64,000 nt of DNA from Leidyana gryllorum EB-2025a (taxonomy: Eukaryota > Protista > Apicomplexa), in contig JBLWGC010000140.1 in assembly GCA_048772705.1 (NCBI GenBank), positions 186,001 through 250,000 of the forward strand, given 5' to 3'. A program made the translations under genes and the position numbers. Each line of letters starts with the position of its first letter. The first letter of the stretch is position 1. This document shows, piece by piece, positions 1 to 13,900 of this stretch. The notes beneath the pieces are model-generated. The model was not told the origin of the DNA. It made no database searches and worked only from the letters and a program-made list of their open reading frames with translations.

Positions 1-197
1 GGCCAAGACGAGAACGAAAGACATTCAAGGAGATGGAAGAATAAATAGATGTGAGATAACCTCTGGATTTTTGGAACCGTTCAAATTCGCGTCTTCTGTT
101 TTGTCTTTTCGCGGGGGCACAATAGCCTCTCCGCCCCCCTACAACATCTGCTCCAAACAAAAAGTACCCAGTATACCAACAACCCCCCTATCCCCCG

Positions 198-3100
198 TCA
201 GCCTAAGGACCCGTAGACATCAATGTCTTCATCTTCGATCGTGGCTTTCGCAGTACCGCGAAGGCTGTCCTGTAGACGAGGGCCCTGACTTTCCTCAACC
301 TCCCCTGACCCGCCTCCCTTAACAATCTTTGTACGCAGTGACGCCAAAGGATTGATGATGTATGTCGATGTGAACTGATTTAGTTTACTGCTGCTGACCC
401 CACCTGGCTCCAATACCTCCACGCCATTCTCCTCTCCCGTCACGTTCTCAGTTTCCACCGCCGCAGGAGCCTCCACTACCGCGGCAGCCTCCACCGCCGC
501 GGGAGACGATCGAGGCACCTCGGCCTGTGACGCCCCGCCCTCATCACACAATTCCACCGGGAGCGATTGCATCACCTGTCCGTCATCACCGCTTGTTGCA
601 GTGACAGCTGGAATGGCCACACTCGAACGACCTTTCATTTCTGCACAAGTCAAGTTGATGACCTCAACAGCTCGTGAGGCCGATAACAATCCCTCGCCTT
701 CCTCTCCTTCTTTCGGACTCCTCTGCGTGCCAGTGAGGGGTGGGGGCGAAACCAGTAACTCTGCCCCCTCCCCACCATCATCCCTCGGCACCACGGCAGC
801 TCCGCCGCCGCCGCGACTCAGCCCACTCCGTAACATCTTCGATAAAGCACCACTGTGGTACAGTTGAGAGGGAAGGGAGGTAAGTCGTGAACTCAATGAT
901 CGGGTTGAAATCAATGGATCTGACGATTGGGCCATGGGCTCTCTGTTTCTGACAAGCCAACTGGCACCGCCTCCGCCTCGGCTTGAGGCCGCCGGACTCA
1001 GGCAGCTATCACTCGGTGAGGGGGCTATACTCTCTACGTCCTCGCACCAACGCTCCTCATACTTTCGTACTGAAGGGGGCTCGACAGGAGTTTTGACCCC
1101 CCCACTGTCTTCGTGAGAGCCGCTCTTCGGGGACACCGCGTCCCCAGCAGGGGGAGCAATAGCATCCGCAGTCGTCACTCCAGGCCGCGGAGGACTCGAG
1201 GTGCTCGATAACGTCGACCTCGGCTGGCGGTTGAGCGCATTCAGTATGGTTGAATGACCCTTTTTGGCCAACTCAGCGATAACACTCGGAAGAGACGTCA
1301 CCAACTTTTGAGCCGCGCCACTCTGGGGATCTGTCGATCCCATCACATTCGTTTGAGTCGATGGCTTTGGCTGCGATCGCTGCTGCCCATCCATCACTGC
1401 CATTGACAGTTCCCTCAAAGTGTTCTTCTTGTCCCAGTAGGAGGCCACAGCAGCCTTGTAGACTTCTCCTCCCATATCGCGAGCACTTCGGGGACGCTGA
1501 CTCAGCGCTCCTGTCAACCCTTTAACAGTGTACATCCGAGCATCCACCGCTTCGTAGGCTTGTTTCAACTGTCGCAATGGATTCTGTGACTTGGTTAGAT
1601 TGTCTTGGATCAGAGGGTGTTCCATCAACTGTCTGGCGGTGGGGCGCTCTGTGACCAGCGGCACCAGACACTGACGGATAAAACTGATCATTTGAGGAGG
1701 CACTTTGCGCTCCAATAGCTCTGACAACAAACATTCGATGTAATCGACGTCGGTCACAATATCTAAAACCTGCAGCGGAAGCGCAAATGGACAAATTGAG
1801 TGACAACACCTTTCCTCCAAATCGAAACTTACCCGACTAATCGCATCGCCATGAATATCTCCACCAGATAGAGCATCGAACGGAGTGTCGCCTGTAAGTA
1901 ATTCTAAGCTAAACAATCCAAGACACCAGACATCGGTGCTCGACTGCTTGGGGTACTCTTCCCCATCAACACCAGACGTGCCGCCTGCATCATCAAGCAT
2001 TAGACTCGCCCGACCTCCGGTAAATACTCGAGATCCAGATAAATAGTTGTCCCGGACATAGTCCAGACTCTCGGGGGGACAATGACTCAGACTGCCCCCG
2101 AAAAATACACCCGATTCCCGACATCCGAAAGCCTCAGCCGCCGGCACTCGATGCGCGGCACCGAAATCAATCAAGATTGCTTCTGCTTTATCGTTCACCA
2201 ACACATTGTCAGCCTTCACATCGCCGTGCACAGTTGCCGACAGAGTGTCAAACTCGTGCAACGCCACCAACGCCTCCAATACTTGGCTGTCAGCCTGTGT
2301 CACAACCGCTCACATCACTCACCGTAACCATACTGTGATCATTTCAGGAGCCAAACCCTCACTTTCACAAGCCTACACGTGCCAGAATGTGATGAACCAG
2401 ACAGGCCTCTTCCTCACACAGGACCGCAGACCGCAGAGTAAAGAATCTCTCTCCACTTACCAGTCGACGTAGTGATCCTGGATAATAGTCCAATGCAAAT
2501 ACCACATGACTGCGTAGAGAGACAATCTCGTGAATCCTGAAGGGAACTTTTAGCTTCGCACACCTCCTGTCATAACTCAAAGACTCACTTTGAAATATGC
2601 GGCAGTGTCGCAGACGCCACATGAATCGCCGCCTCCAATTCAATCCGAGGACTCAAGTCATTCTGCTTTCCGCCCCCAGGACCTCGTTGAGGCAGGCTGA
2701 GCGCTGGCTCCGACTTTGAGGGCTTATTGCACAAAGGCTGCGGGGAAGAGTTCCCCTTCTGCACAGCGGCGGCCGAGGGCTCGCAGACCCACATGAACTT
2801 GAGTGCAAACAACTTGTCGAGGTACAGATTAGTACCATCGACAATTCGACACGCCTTGTACACCAGCGAGGTTCGACCCCAATTGATCACATCAAGCAAC
2901 CGCCACCGACAATCTGAAGCAGCTACCTCATCAGGGAACCGAACATTCGATATGATGGTATGCCCTGGGGGCCATCGCGACCAGATTCGACGTACGCCTG
3001 AACCGATCAAACAGTGCTCTCGAGTAGGCTCCCCATGTTGCACCGCAGATGACGCCTTTTCCAGCTTGTCTTTGGTGGTCTCTTCAGTGACGGGAGCGGG

Positions 3101-3256
3101 ACTCTTTTGCGTCGTTCCGTTGCCCCCCTCCCCTGCTCCAGACTGTAGATTTTGGCGCCCAGGCGAGGAGTCAGGCTGTTTCTCCTCCCCTTTGCGATGA
3201 CGGCTGGTAGAACTGACTGATTGGAGCGATGACGAAGACGATCTGCTGGATGACAT
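198..3256 (-). CDS. Ser/Thr protein kinase (possibly STE-like), multi-exon, long low-complexity C-tail
   Basis: Motifs spread over ORFs 2585-3289, 2365-2643 and 198-2303: INWGRTSLVY, FALKFM, HGDVKADNVL, DFG, PPE, STDVWCLG, RPTARQLMEHP. Start ATG approximate. Confidence 0.88.
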
Positions 3257-3587
3257 CAACAAACACCATTTTTGTGGACTAAGCTGCAATCAGTGCATCT
3301 ATAGGTACCCATCATTCTTTCACTCCATTAATCCGCGAATCGTACGTTTGTTCACATCAACTCACTTCCGCCCCCAACACTCTCGGGGTATCTGTGATAG
3401 TACACTATAGTCGCCAACGGTGGACAATGTTCGACGCCATATCAAGCTCTAGGTAGGTTCGGTATGCGAAGAGGACTAAACTGCTGCGCTTTGTGGTGAT
3501 CGCGGGCTACCGTGCCCAACTTGCTCCCTCAATTCACCCCTCCAACAGTCTCTTGCATCCTCAAGTACACCCGCAGTTGGTGTCTAC

Positions 3588-5124
3588 TTAATCCTTCTTC
3601 TCGTCCTCAAGTGAATCGTAAAATACATTGTGGATTGACTCCTTCATGTGAGTGTTGTAGATAGCGTCCGCCAGCAGAGGCCCTGCGACCATTGATGAGG
3701 TGGAAGTTAAGGGGTGGAACCTACCGATGCTCAATTGCGTGATGCGAGGGCAAGTGGCCACTGCCTCGGACTGCTTGATGGAGTCTGATACAACGACTTC
3801 TTCAATCGGTGATTTGGTCAATCTATCGATCGCTGGGCCGGAGAACAATCCGTGAGTTGCAAAACAAAAAATGCGCTGCGAAACCGAGTAAATGGTCAAA
3901 CGTGGTGTACGGAGCTTACTTTGGCACCGTTCGTCTTGAGCATTCTTGCAGCCTCACACAAAGTTCCAGCAGTATCAATCATGTCGTCTACAATGATAAC
4001 GTCGGAGCCCTGTCGACGAAATATTGGTGGAGGAAATCATTGTTTGATACTTACATCAACTCGTCCCACCAACTCCATCTTCTCAATAGCATTAGCTCCG
4101 GCGCGCTGCTTGATGAGCATAGCCAATCCGGTGCTCTTGTCTGTGTTGAGAGCAGTGAAACCTTCCTGGAAGTTTCGTGCCCGGTACACGCCACCTGAAG
4201 GAGAAGGCCGTTGCCAGCTCCACCGGGACTACTTACCCGCATCCGGGGAGACGATGACCGGATTTTGTAGGTCTTTCTGGTTGAAGTAGCGCAGTCCAAC
4301 CTTCTGAGCTTCCAAATTATCCACCGGAACTCGTGGACCGAAAAAGCCCTGGATTTGACCACAGTGGAGGTCAACTGAAATCACGCGATCAACTCCCATG
4401 CACTCAATCATGCGAGCGACATCAGCAGCAGAGATGGGCACTCGAGAGCTCAATTTTCGGTCCTGGCGAGCATAACCATAGTATGGCACAACAGCAGTGA
4501 TTTTCTTTGCCGACGACCTTCGGCAAGTAGAGATCATCAGCAACAGCTCCATCAGGTTCTCATTCACTGGCGGTGATGTTGGCTGGATGATGTAGACATC
4601 GCGACCCCGGATAGAGTCCAGGAACTGAAGGTCAATCTCCCCATCAGCGAATCTGATCGGTGCGACATGTCGGATGCATCAGCGACATCACTCATTACCT
4701 GGTCAGTTTGACACCACCGATAGTGGTTCCCAGATGATTTGCGATGGCCTCCCCGAGCTGTTTGTTGGAGTTGCCACAGAATAGGACGGCCCCCTCGAGA
4801 CCTTTGCCTTCACTGCTCTCATATTTGCGCTCCTCACATTGCACAAAGGAGGGAACGGATTCAACCTCGGTTGGTTCGGCGTCCTTCCGTGACCTTCGTG
4901 CCAAGCCAGCTGCTGCGCCCAAGATGGCTGCGGTGCCAATCAGACCTGCATAGGCACGTCCAGACCGTTGCCTGCCATCTTGACGGTGCCTCCCAGCCTG
5001 CTTCTGCACAAGTGAATGTGTGTGGTATGTGTTTCGCCTGACTCACCAGTCCCAGCAGTGAATCTGCCACTCGTGGGACCTGAGACACGCTTGTGCCACC
5101 CCGCGATAGGGATAATTGAACCAT
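3588..5124 (-). CDS. PRPS: Ribose-phosphate pyrophosphokinase (PRPP synthetase), multi-exon, with N-terminal extension
   Basis: [55 protein letters not shown]. First exon starts at ATG 5124 and is joined through a GT-AG intron. Confidence 0.96.
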
Positions 5125-5205
5125 CAATTGTTCAAGGGCCTTTTTGAAAACAGAAAAAAGAGATGACGCAGTACACACGAACGTTCGATAGCACAGCCGC
5201 ACAAG

Positions 5206-7227
5206 TTAGTAGACCCGCTTCTGGCGCAGTTTGAGCTGTTCGGTTCCCATGCCCATGCTGAGTGACCGTGTAGCTTCTTGGGCACTTGCTGAGGGGGTGA
5301 TTGCTTCGGTTGCGTTGTACTGGTGGAAGTGCGAGTGAGCGTGGTTGTGAGAGTGGGCGTGTTCGTGACCATGTTGGTGAAAGTGGACATGTAGGTCAGC
5401 ACCTGTGGCCGCTTTCTGAAGTTCGGCTTTCAGGTCGGCCAGGGAAATCAGGGGTGTTTCGAGCGGTGGGGCAGGTATGGTGATTTCCTTGACGACTTCA
5501 ACTGGTACTTCTTTGATAACCTCGACTTCTTTGATGACGGGTACTTGAACTTCGCGGATGACCTCTACCTCTTTGATCACTTCAACGGGGACTTCTCGGA
5601 CAACTTCCCGCACAACTTCCACCGGAACCTCGCGGACAACTTGAACTTCGCGCACGACTTCGACTGGTTCGTGGACATCTTGGTGCAGGTTCTTCTCAAT
5701 GTACAGCGGCTCTGCACTCTGGCTGCACAGAGTCAGCCGGCGCTTGCGCTTGTGCTGGTCAATGAGGGCCTGCACGGCGGCCTCCAGAGAAACAGCAGAA
5801 GACATGGAATCGGTATCTAAGGGGGACTAAGGGTGGAAGATGAGGTGAGCCCAGAGGTGAGGAAGTCGGTGACTCACGCCTGTGACAGCTTGATTCTCAA
5901 TAGTGGTCAAACTCATCAAATGCTGAATCATCTCATTCTGTCTGCGAACGACATCTTGATATTTGCGCTCCAAGGCCTGCGTCAGGGAAATACTGATAGA
6001 CTGATGATGAGTATTCAATTCTTACCTCATATCGGGCTTCTGATCCCACCAGCGCTGACTGAGCCGCCTCGTTATTGCGGACCGCCTTCGAGAGAACGAC
6101 ACAGTTAGTCAGCGTTGCCAAATTGTGGAGGGCTTACGTCATTGAGCTTGGCGGCGAGAGTCTCTCCTTCGGACTCCAAGTCGGCGACTAACCGTTCGAA
6201 GTGGGCGATCTCTGGCAAGAAGGAGTGGGAAAAGTGGTTGTGCAGTGTTTACTCACCTTGGCTGTGCTCTTCCCGCAGCTGTCGAGTGCGATCTGTGATT
6301 GAGGTGTTGCGAGGATGTGGTTGACGGCAACGTACGTTGATGTGACTGGTTTTGACCTTCTAATTGCGCCAATTCATATTGGAGATCGCGAATCTGCAGA
6401 GTGTGAATGGTGGGGTGTTGAGGGAGCGTGTAGATCACCTGGCGCTCCAGCACCATAGTACTTTGTTTGGGTTTGTCAGATTCTTGTCGCATATGGCCAG
6501 CTGTCGGACGCCCATCGCGGAGTTCATAGAGCTGTTCATCTTTCTTGTCGAGCTGCGATATGAAAGTTGTGGGACAGATTTGAGTTGAGATTTGGGTGTC
6601 GGGATTGATTGATTGATCGATCTGTTGTGAGGGTGGGAGGCGTACCTCTTCCAAGACTTGTTCATACTTTTGTTTCCAGAGAGTCATCGCCTCGTCGTGT
6701 CTGGTTGCGTTTTCTCGTAGTTGCATCTCTTGTTCGTATCTGGCTTCTTCAAGATCGTTTCGGACGTGAGTCATTTGTTCGAGCTCTTCCGACATTGAGG
6801 CGACAGCCTGATTGAGATCGAGTGCGAGCTCGCAGACCTCTTTTACATCGTTCAATACTTGAGATCTGGGGACTTCAACAGCGGTCGAATAGCTGTTTAC
6901 AGAGAGAGAGTGTGTGTGTTTGTAAATGAATCTACTTTACCGATCGCGTATACGTCTTATGAGGACTTGATAATTTGATAATGCTGAGAGACGAACAGTA
7001 TTGGAGATGGCTCCTCGATTACCGCCTCCCGCTGAAGTGCCGGGTGGTCCGTCTTGTGTGGGTTCTTCTTCTTCAATGATCTGATGGTGGTCGTGTCTCA
7101 TGTTACTGCCCGCTCGATTGTGTCGAGATGGCGGTGGCGGTGCTATAATGTTGGTGACTACGTGGCTTGCGTTGAGTAGGTGTGCGGTTTGGAGGTGGCC
7201 TCCATCGCCTTGGGCGCTGTAAGGCAT
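5206..7227 (-). CDS. Multi-exon coiled-coil protein with C-terminal (V/I)EV(V/I)(R/K)E and VPV repeats (alveolin/articulin-like) and a His-rich tail
   Basis: ORF pieces 6937-7236, 6253-6855, 5827-6018 and 5206-5805 are separated by GT-AG introns. Repeats such as EVVREVPVEVIKEV. Confidence 0.7.
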
Positions 7228-7290
7228 TGTTGACAAAAGAAAAGTGGGTCTTTTGAGTATGAGTTTTCACGCCCCATTGGTCTGCTAAAA

Positions 7291-7962
7291 ATGAGAGGAT
7301 TGCGAAGTACAGTGGTTAGTCTGCTTGGAATGGATGCCGGTCAGTATCAGGGCAACAATGGCCACGGCAATAGTAATTCCTCTTCCGAGGCAAAGGTTCC
7401 GGATTGGATAGTGAAGCAGTGGCCGTGTTCGAACGTGAGTGATGCAGAGTGGGAGGCTTTTGACGGCTTCAACTTCCTGCGCCGAGAGCAAGGCAAGAAG
7501 GACTTGCCTTTTGACCAAGCGATGTGGATCATTTCCAGAGTGCACACTACAGCTAGTAACGCCACCGAAGAGCAGCAAAACCAGCCCGGCTGTGGGACAG
7601 CCCACGACTGGTGGCCCGGACCTCTGCAAGGGAAGACCGGTTACACGACCTGTTGTTTAGGCGATGATGGCAACTGCATGTGGAAGAAACCTAGAGAGAT
7701 CTTTAGCATTGATGATTTAGACTACGGGTATGAGATTGCAAGCTATGCTTCCATGGGGTGGGAGGACGTTCCTCTCAATATGGTCAATATGTTCAACAAC
7801 TCCGAAGGGCACAGAATAGTCATCGTGGAACAAGGACAGTGGTCCAATGCCAACTGGAAAGGGATGGGACCGGGAATCGGTGGCCTCTGGGGGGATGTCT
7901 GGTTCACTCAAAGCGAACCCCCAAAGCCACTAGGCTACTGCCAACGCCCTCGCAAACTTTGA
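7291..7962 (+). CDS. CAP/SCP-superfamily protein of bacterial-type subfamily, intronless
   Basis: HDW..CC....CMWKKPRE..GYEIA..NSEGHRIVI..G.W...WKGMG.GI...VWF resembles bacterial CAP-domain proteins (recalled motif). Confidence 0.7.
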   Translation: MRGLRSTVVSLLGMDAGQYQGNNGHGNSNSSSEAKVPDWIVKQWPCSNVSDAEWEAFDGFNFLRREQGKKDLPFDQAMWIISRVHTTASNATEEQQNQPGCGTAHDWWPGPLQGKTGYTTCCLGDDGNCMWKKPREIFSIDDLDYGYEIASYASMGWEDVPLNMVNMFNNSEGHRIVIVEQGQWSNANWKGMGPGIGGLWGDVWFTQSEPPKPLGYCQRPRKL

Positions 7963-7978
7963 GCCATATTTTTCAAAC

Positions 7979-10900
7979 ATGGATGAACACCTCCTCAAGG
8001 ACCTATTCCAGACCGCTGTCCCAAATTGTCCCGCGTACCGATCCTTCACCAAGTACCGATACCTATACCATCTCATCCAATTTGGCTCCCCGTCACGCCA
8101 TGTGCTCCAGAAGCTCCCAGAGATACACCCCGAACATGAACGCTGGCTCTCATTCTGTCAAGATTTGTCGTTCCTGCTCGTGCTTCTCAGACAAACCGCT
8201 GCTGCCGCAGAAATCAACACTATTGTTGACTCGCTCGCACTCATCTATTCACACTCACATAGCAATATGCACACACGATTCGCCGATCTATGCGCCATAG
8301 AAACTCCCCCACCCAAACCACACGTCCCCCAGAACCACTACTCCATCGCTCCCCTACAGGCACTCAACACTTGGCTTCGCCTCCGCTTCCTACGCAAATA
8401 TGCCACCACACACTTTCAAACTCAGTACTCTAACATACCCATCCCCGCCACGCCGCCGCCCGTATCTCGGAACCCAAGGGACAAACCTTCAAGACAGCAC
8501 CGCCACCACACAGACTCTCCCGACCTCAGATCCACTTCGCCCGGACCCCTCACGCACGCTCAAGAGCTCGACGCAGGTGAGAAACTCGAGAAGAAACCGC
8601 CCCGCCCTTCACAATCAATCCTGCAGCTGCCAACTGGAGACCCAACCAAAACCTCCTCGTCCAACCGCCACCCCAACCTGAACCTGAACCTCCCGCCGAG
8701 GTCCCGGTAGATACGGTCTCAGACGTCGACTCCAACCCCCCGCAGGCGCCTCAACAGGAGGAGATTTCAGAGTCCCAGAAGCCAGACGAAGACGACAAAT
8801 CTCCTGCCCCACACCCGGGACCTCTTACGACCAGTGAAACAGCGCTCAGCTCGTTGCCCGACTCGAGAGCTGCGTCACCGCCAAAGCTGAAACCACCTGC
8901 TGAGACGACCACCAAAGCCAAAGCGTCGGCCTGGTGGATGAACCTATTTTCCAGGGCAGATTCTCGGCCGACCTCCAGCAAAGTGGACACCTATGAAACC
9001 CCAGACGCGGAAGCTGTTGTCGTTGTTAAAGCCGGCGGACCCCTCGCGGGCCGCAAACGACCTCAGCCGCCCTCTATGGCCCCGGGAGACGAAGTCGATG
9101 CACCCGGTCGCGGGGCCCACGGCAGCCCGGGCCAAAAACTCTCGAAAGCTGAAGACGAAGAAGCACGGAAGGCCGAATCGCACAAGTTTGGCAATCGGAA
9201 ACGGGCTCGCGAGGCGGAAACTGGAGCGGACATCGATGTCGATGCCGAAGACCCACCAGTCGAACGCCCTCAAAAGACCCGCGCCGTTACAAGGGTCCCA
9301 CTGCCCAACATAGAAGAAGAAACTGGTATCCAACCCTCTGCTCCAGGCACGGCTGAGCAACCAGATGAAGATACCCCCAAAATCCTCCCCATCCCTGAGG
9401 ATGAGGAAGGAGGAGAAGACGCCGCGGGCGAAGATAAGGCCTCCTCACCCACCAATTATAGCAATCACTTTGCATTCGAAGATACTTTACATCCAGACAA
9501 CGAGCCTAATTGGAAGAGGACATTCACTCCTCTTCTGGAGGTGCCGACATCTGCCACCAACTTCTTTGCAGAACAAGCAGACGTGCTTGCCCGCCGATGG
9601 AGTAATTTGAATCCCCAATACCCCATAACTGCCTCAACCTGCCCCATGGGCGCCGTCCACCCAGACTGGCGGCCCCCCGTTGTCAATCAAGGTGAACACG
9701 CACCCCATGTCATGAACCCTTGTCGTAAACCTCTTTGCAGCTGATAAAGTAGCGCGTAGACTCCACTATAAGGAGGCAAGAACTCTCTTAATGTGTACAG
9801 ACGATCTTGAAGGCTTCACTGCCAATACTCGGGATGGAGTCCTGCAGTCCATTCTGGACGGTAAGTGGCTCTGCCGAGGAAGCACAGCGGCTGACAATGC
9901 GTGCAGGGCTCACGGGTTACGTACCACGCAGTCCTTCGGCGAAAGCTTTCATTCAAGCAGTTCCGGATTATAGTGTGCTGCTCAAGCTTCTGCCGCTGGA
10001 CCAGAAACGTCCAGCATTTGAATGTGGATCTGCATTAATAAGTAGCACTCTTTCGCCACGTCAACGGGCTCTTATTCGGCGGGTGCGGCGTATAGCCAAT
10101 CAAGCCGAAGCATTTGGAATGACTAAAGAAGAACGCGAGTGGTTTGAATTGGTAGCGGGCATCCTGCCTGCACAGTCAAGTGATGAAGTTTATTCCTGGG
10201 AAGAGTGGCTGTTGTTCGCCACAGTTGCAATGGGTAGAGAACTATCCGTTCCCGACCCGAACCTGACTAATCTTCGCAAACGGGCAGGTGAGCACAGCAG
10301 TTCCGATGTCTCCGTGTGCACACACGCGCACGCGGCGACCAAACGTATGCTGAACGGAATCAGCTGTTCTCCTCAGAGGGACGCCAGTCGGACGTTGGAA
10401 CTAAAATCAGCGCCTGTCTCTTGAATCACTTCACTCCTTCCGATTCTGCCGATGCTGTTGTGAAAAGCAGCTCTCAAGTGGTGGACGAAGTATTGGGGAT
10501 ATTGCAGGAGTACACCACAGATCCCGGGGATATTCGAGAGATTACTGTGCTGAGAGAAGTGATTCTCACTGCCAATGCAGTGGATCGATACGAAGAGGTG
10601 TCAACGGCGGAGCCTTCTTCTCCGGCCTCCGATCATTTGATGGTCGAGGCCGAGGTTCAGGGCGAGATCCTCCGCGGACTGAAAGAGAATAGAAAAGAGG
10701 TAGAGGAAGAGGAAGAGGAGGAGGATGCAGAGGACAAGCACGTTGTGCCGTCCAGCAGTGTTCGGCGCAGAGTACTGCGGCGTGCACGTCAGCAAGCCGC
10801 GACCGCAGATTTGATGCGACTATACCAGCAAGCCGCAGGAGGAAGTGCGACAGATTATGCTCAAGGCTTCGCCCCCGTTTTTGGGGCAGACGAATACGAT

Positions 10901-13900
10901 TTCGAGGAGTCGCTGATGGACGACAATGACTCCAGAGTTGATTTTGGCTCGAGTGGCGACGAGGATGGAGACTATGTCGGTGGGGATGAACCCGATGATG
11001 ATGATGAGGGCCCGGGTTCGGGAGATTACAACGACTTTGAGAATGACGGCGGCTCTGACTTTGAAGCTGGTGATAACCACGAGCGGGCTTTCTATTCTCC
11101 CGCCGAAGACCCGAGTGATTTGATGCCTAAAACGGCTCCCACTGTCCCTGTGATAGACGGTCTTGAACCACCTGGGAACCGTGGCGTGCTGCCTCTTGTT
11201 GGTAATATGCTGGAGAACCGGAAGCGGAAGCGAGGGGCAGTCGTCACATCTGTACGTCCCGAGGCAGTTACGCCACGGGGACGCTCTGCTCGGCCTGCGG
11301 GCGGTGAGACGACTACCTCTATCCAGTCTGGTGGACCACCATCCACGTCTCGCAGTGTGTGGAAGAGGATGAAGGGTCTGCTGTTTTCGCGGAACGACGA
11401 CGAGGATTTGCCCCCGCTGGAACCTTCCAGATCACCGACTTTTGGATCCCCTTCGCCTTCGAAAAGCGTTCGGAGGCCTCGAAAGCGGCCACGGAGGGAC
11501 GCTCAACAGTCCCTCCAGGGCACGCGTCTCCGCGAGGCAGCTCCGGAGGAGCAGCAGGCGGCAACTCCAGAGCGTGGTGGGACCATTGACGAACAGCTGG
11601 AGCCCACCGACAGGAGAAGGGAGCGAATTGAATCCGAGACTCAGCACACAGCCGAGGCTCCGGAGGTCGTCCAGGGGGGTGATTCCTCTAACTTCTCTGG
11701 CAACGAGGTTTCTACCGGAGGCGGAGGAGGATTTGGCAACCCATCGGCTAATCCTTTAACCCAAACTACTCCTGCGGAAGGCAGTCAACCCAGTGTTGCA
11801 GCTGCTCAGGTTGCACCACCGCCGCAATCTCAAGAAAGTGTTGCTGTGCCACCCCCAGTTCCCCCTCCGAACCCAGAACACGACATGTCTGGCGCGATGG
11901 CTCCTCAACCGCCGCTGAAGAATGACATGGACGTTGATTGGTTTCCGAATGAGGCGTGTGATGCTTCCGAGATGCTCACGAAGCTTGCGGCATCGGACCC
12001 GATGGCAGTGCCAGCCGAGACGGTGCGTGTGACGCCTCCCTCGGTGGACACAACAACGGTTAGCCCGACACCGCCGGGTGCTGTCCGGGTCGCGGTCAAG
12101 GCAGCTGGGCGGGTGGAAGCGCCTGGGCCGGTGAATGTCCGAGTCAACCCTTCTCCTCCGGTTGCGAAGCGTCCGCGAAGACCGAGAGCACCGCTGTCGA
12201 CCCTGGAAGCAGCTGCGCTGACTATGACGGACCAACCGCCGCCAGTGGATAGCGACCTTCCACCATTACTCGACAATCCTCCGCGAACGAGGGCTGAGAG
12301 CAAACCGAACGCAAAAAGAGGGAGGGCCAAGGCGAGATCCAAAGGCAAAGCGGTCGGGGGCCCGCGTGGTGAAGGAACGGCAGAGACTGCACCAGTGATC
12401 TCTGCCGTTGGGTCGTCACGTCTGCCAGTGGTCTTCACGGAGGGCGGGAGTGAGAGTCTGCGACCCGTACCTTCGTCGAGGCAGCTGGATGATGACATGG
12501 GACTTGGCGAGGAGAGAGCAATGCCGGCTCCGTGGCTGACCCGACCAGCTGGAAACCGCCACGCTTTACCGACGTACGAGACGGGCGGGTATGAGTCTCC
12601 GAGATTGACACAGTTTAAGCATTCTCTGCGACGTTTCTTGAAGGCCATAACGGGTGAAGATATCTCTGTTGAGAGTGAGAAGGTGAAGGAATTAGTGTAT
12701 CGATTGGAAGAGTTGATGAGGAATATGGGTAAAACCGAAACAGTTCAGACTCTGCGACACAAAGTGTTGGTCGATCGAGAGACTTTGTTGATACGAACTT
12801 TGGCTGACGAAATAAGTGAAGCGAGTGCGGAGGAGCTTGAGGAGGGAGAGCTGGAGGAGCGTCCGGATATGATAGTGAGAGATGGAGCCCTGAGGTTTTC
12901 TGAGCGCGTATCTCCGGGCCTGCAGAGGGCAATGTTGCAATTAGTTCAGCAGACGGTGGAGTCGATTGCGGAGGCGGACGGTATACACGGCCGCTTACGA
13001 CAATTACTGAAAGTTCTGATCGGAAAGTCGTTGCAGACAACGACACCAGCGACCGCGCTGGGTGTTCTGGAAGTTTGTGTGCAGCTATTGAGCAGCAGCA
13101 GTGAGACTATTGGGGACAAATTGATTCCTGACTGCGGTAACATTGTGGGCGGGTACAGTGAGATGATTTGGCGATGTCGGCGAACTCTGGCAGATCACGA
13201 TTTCTCGCCACTCGTGATCAACTTCACTCTTCCGGCTTTGAAACATTGCCCAACTGAAGATCGTTTGAAGGCACTCTCGAGGTTTGTGATGGCCGATTGG
13301 ACCGATAAGGCTTCCGATCGACCCGAGTGTATGGATTTCGATACATCGGTTTTCCGAGAGGTTATGGTACAGCTCATGACGACGTGGCACAGTGAAGTGG
13401 AACGGTGGATCGAGCGATTGGTGTACGACACTGTCGATCAGGCACAAGCGTTGATTGCGAGATTAGGCCGCCGGGCCGCGCGAGGGCCGAACGAGTCAGC
13501 GCCCGAGTTGGTCCATGAGGAATTTCTGCGTATGCATAGCACATTGATGTGCACCATCCAATTCTTGAGTCATATTGCTTGTTCTGATGGGTACTGTTAT
13601 GCGGAACCGTTTCCGGATTTGGTGCGGAAACCGCCAACGCCTAAAGCGGATGAACTGGATGACAAATATCTCACACACTTCGGAGCTTCTCAGGCTCTGC
13701 GTATTTATCGTATCAGTGAGCGTAACGCCTCTCACCTGTGGAACTATATGGTGGACCCAATTCGTCATGGCGAGGTGCCTCCGTTTCTGGCTCGGCTGGT
13801 TGTCCAATATTTGGGCATTGCCGGATACTTTGAGCCCGGGATCAAATTCAAACATCCGTCTGAGGTACTCGACAATCTGCGGAGGGGGTTCGAACAGGCG

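Noticed and set aside
9776-9800. Possible 25-nt GC-AG micro-intron
   Set aside because: The reading frame is already open through it, and removing it would shift the frame.
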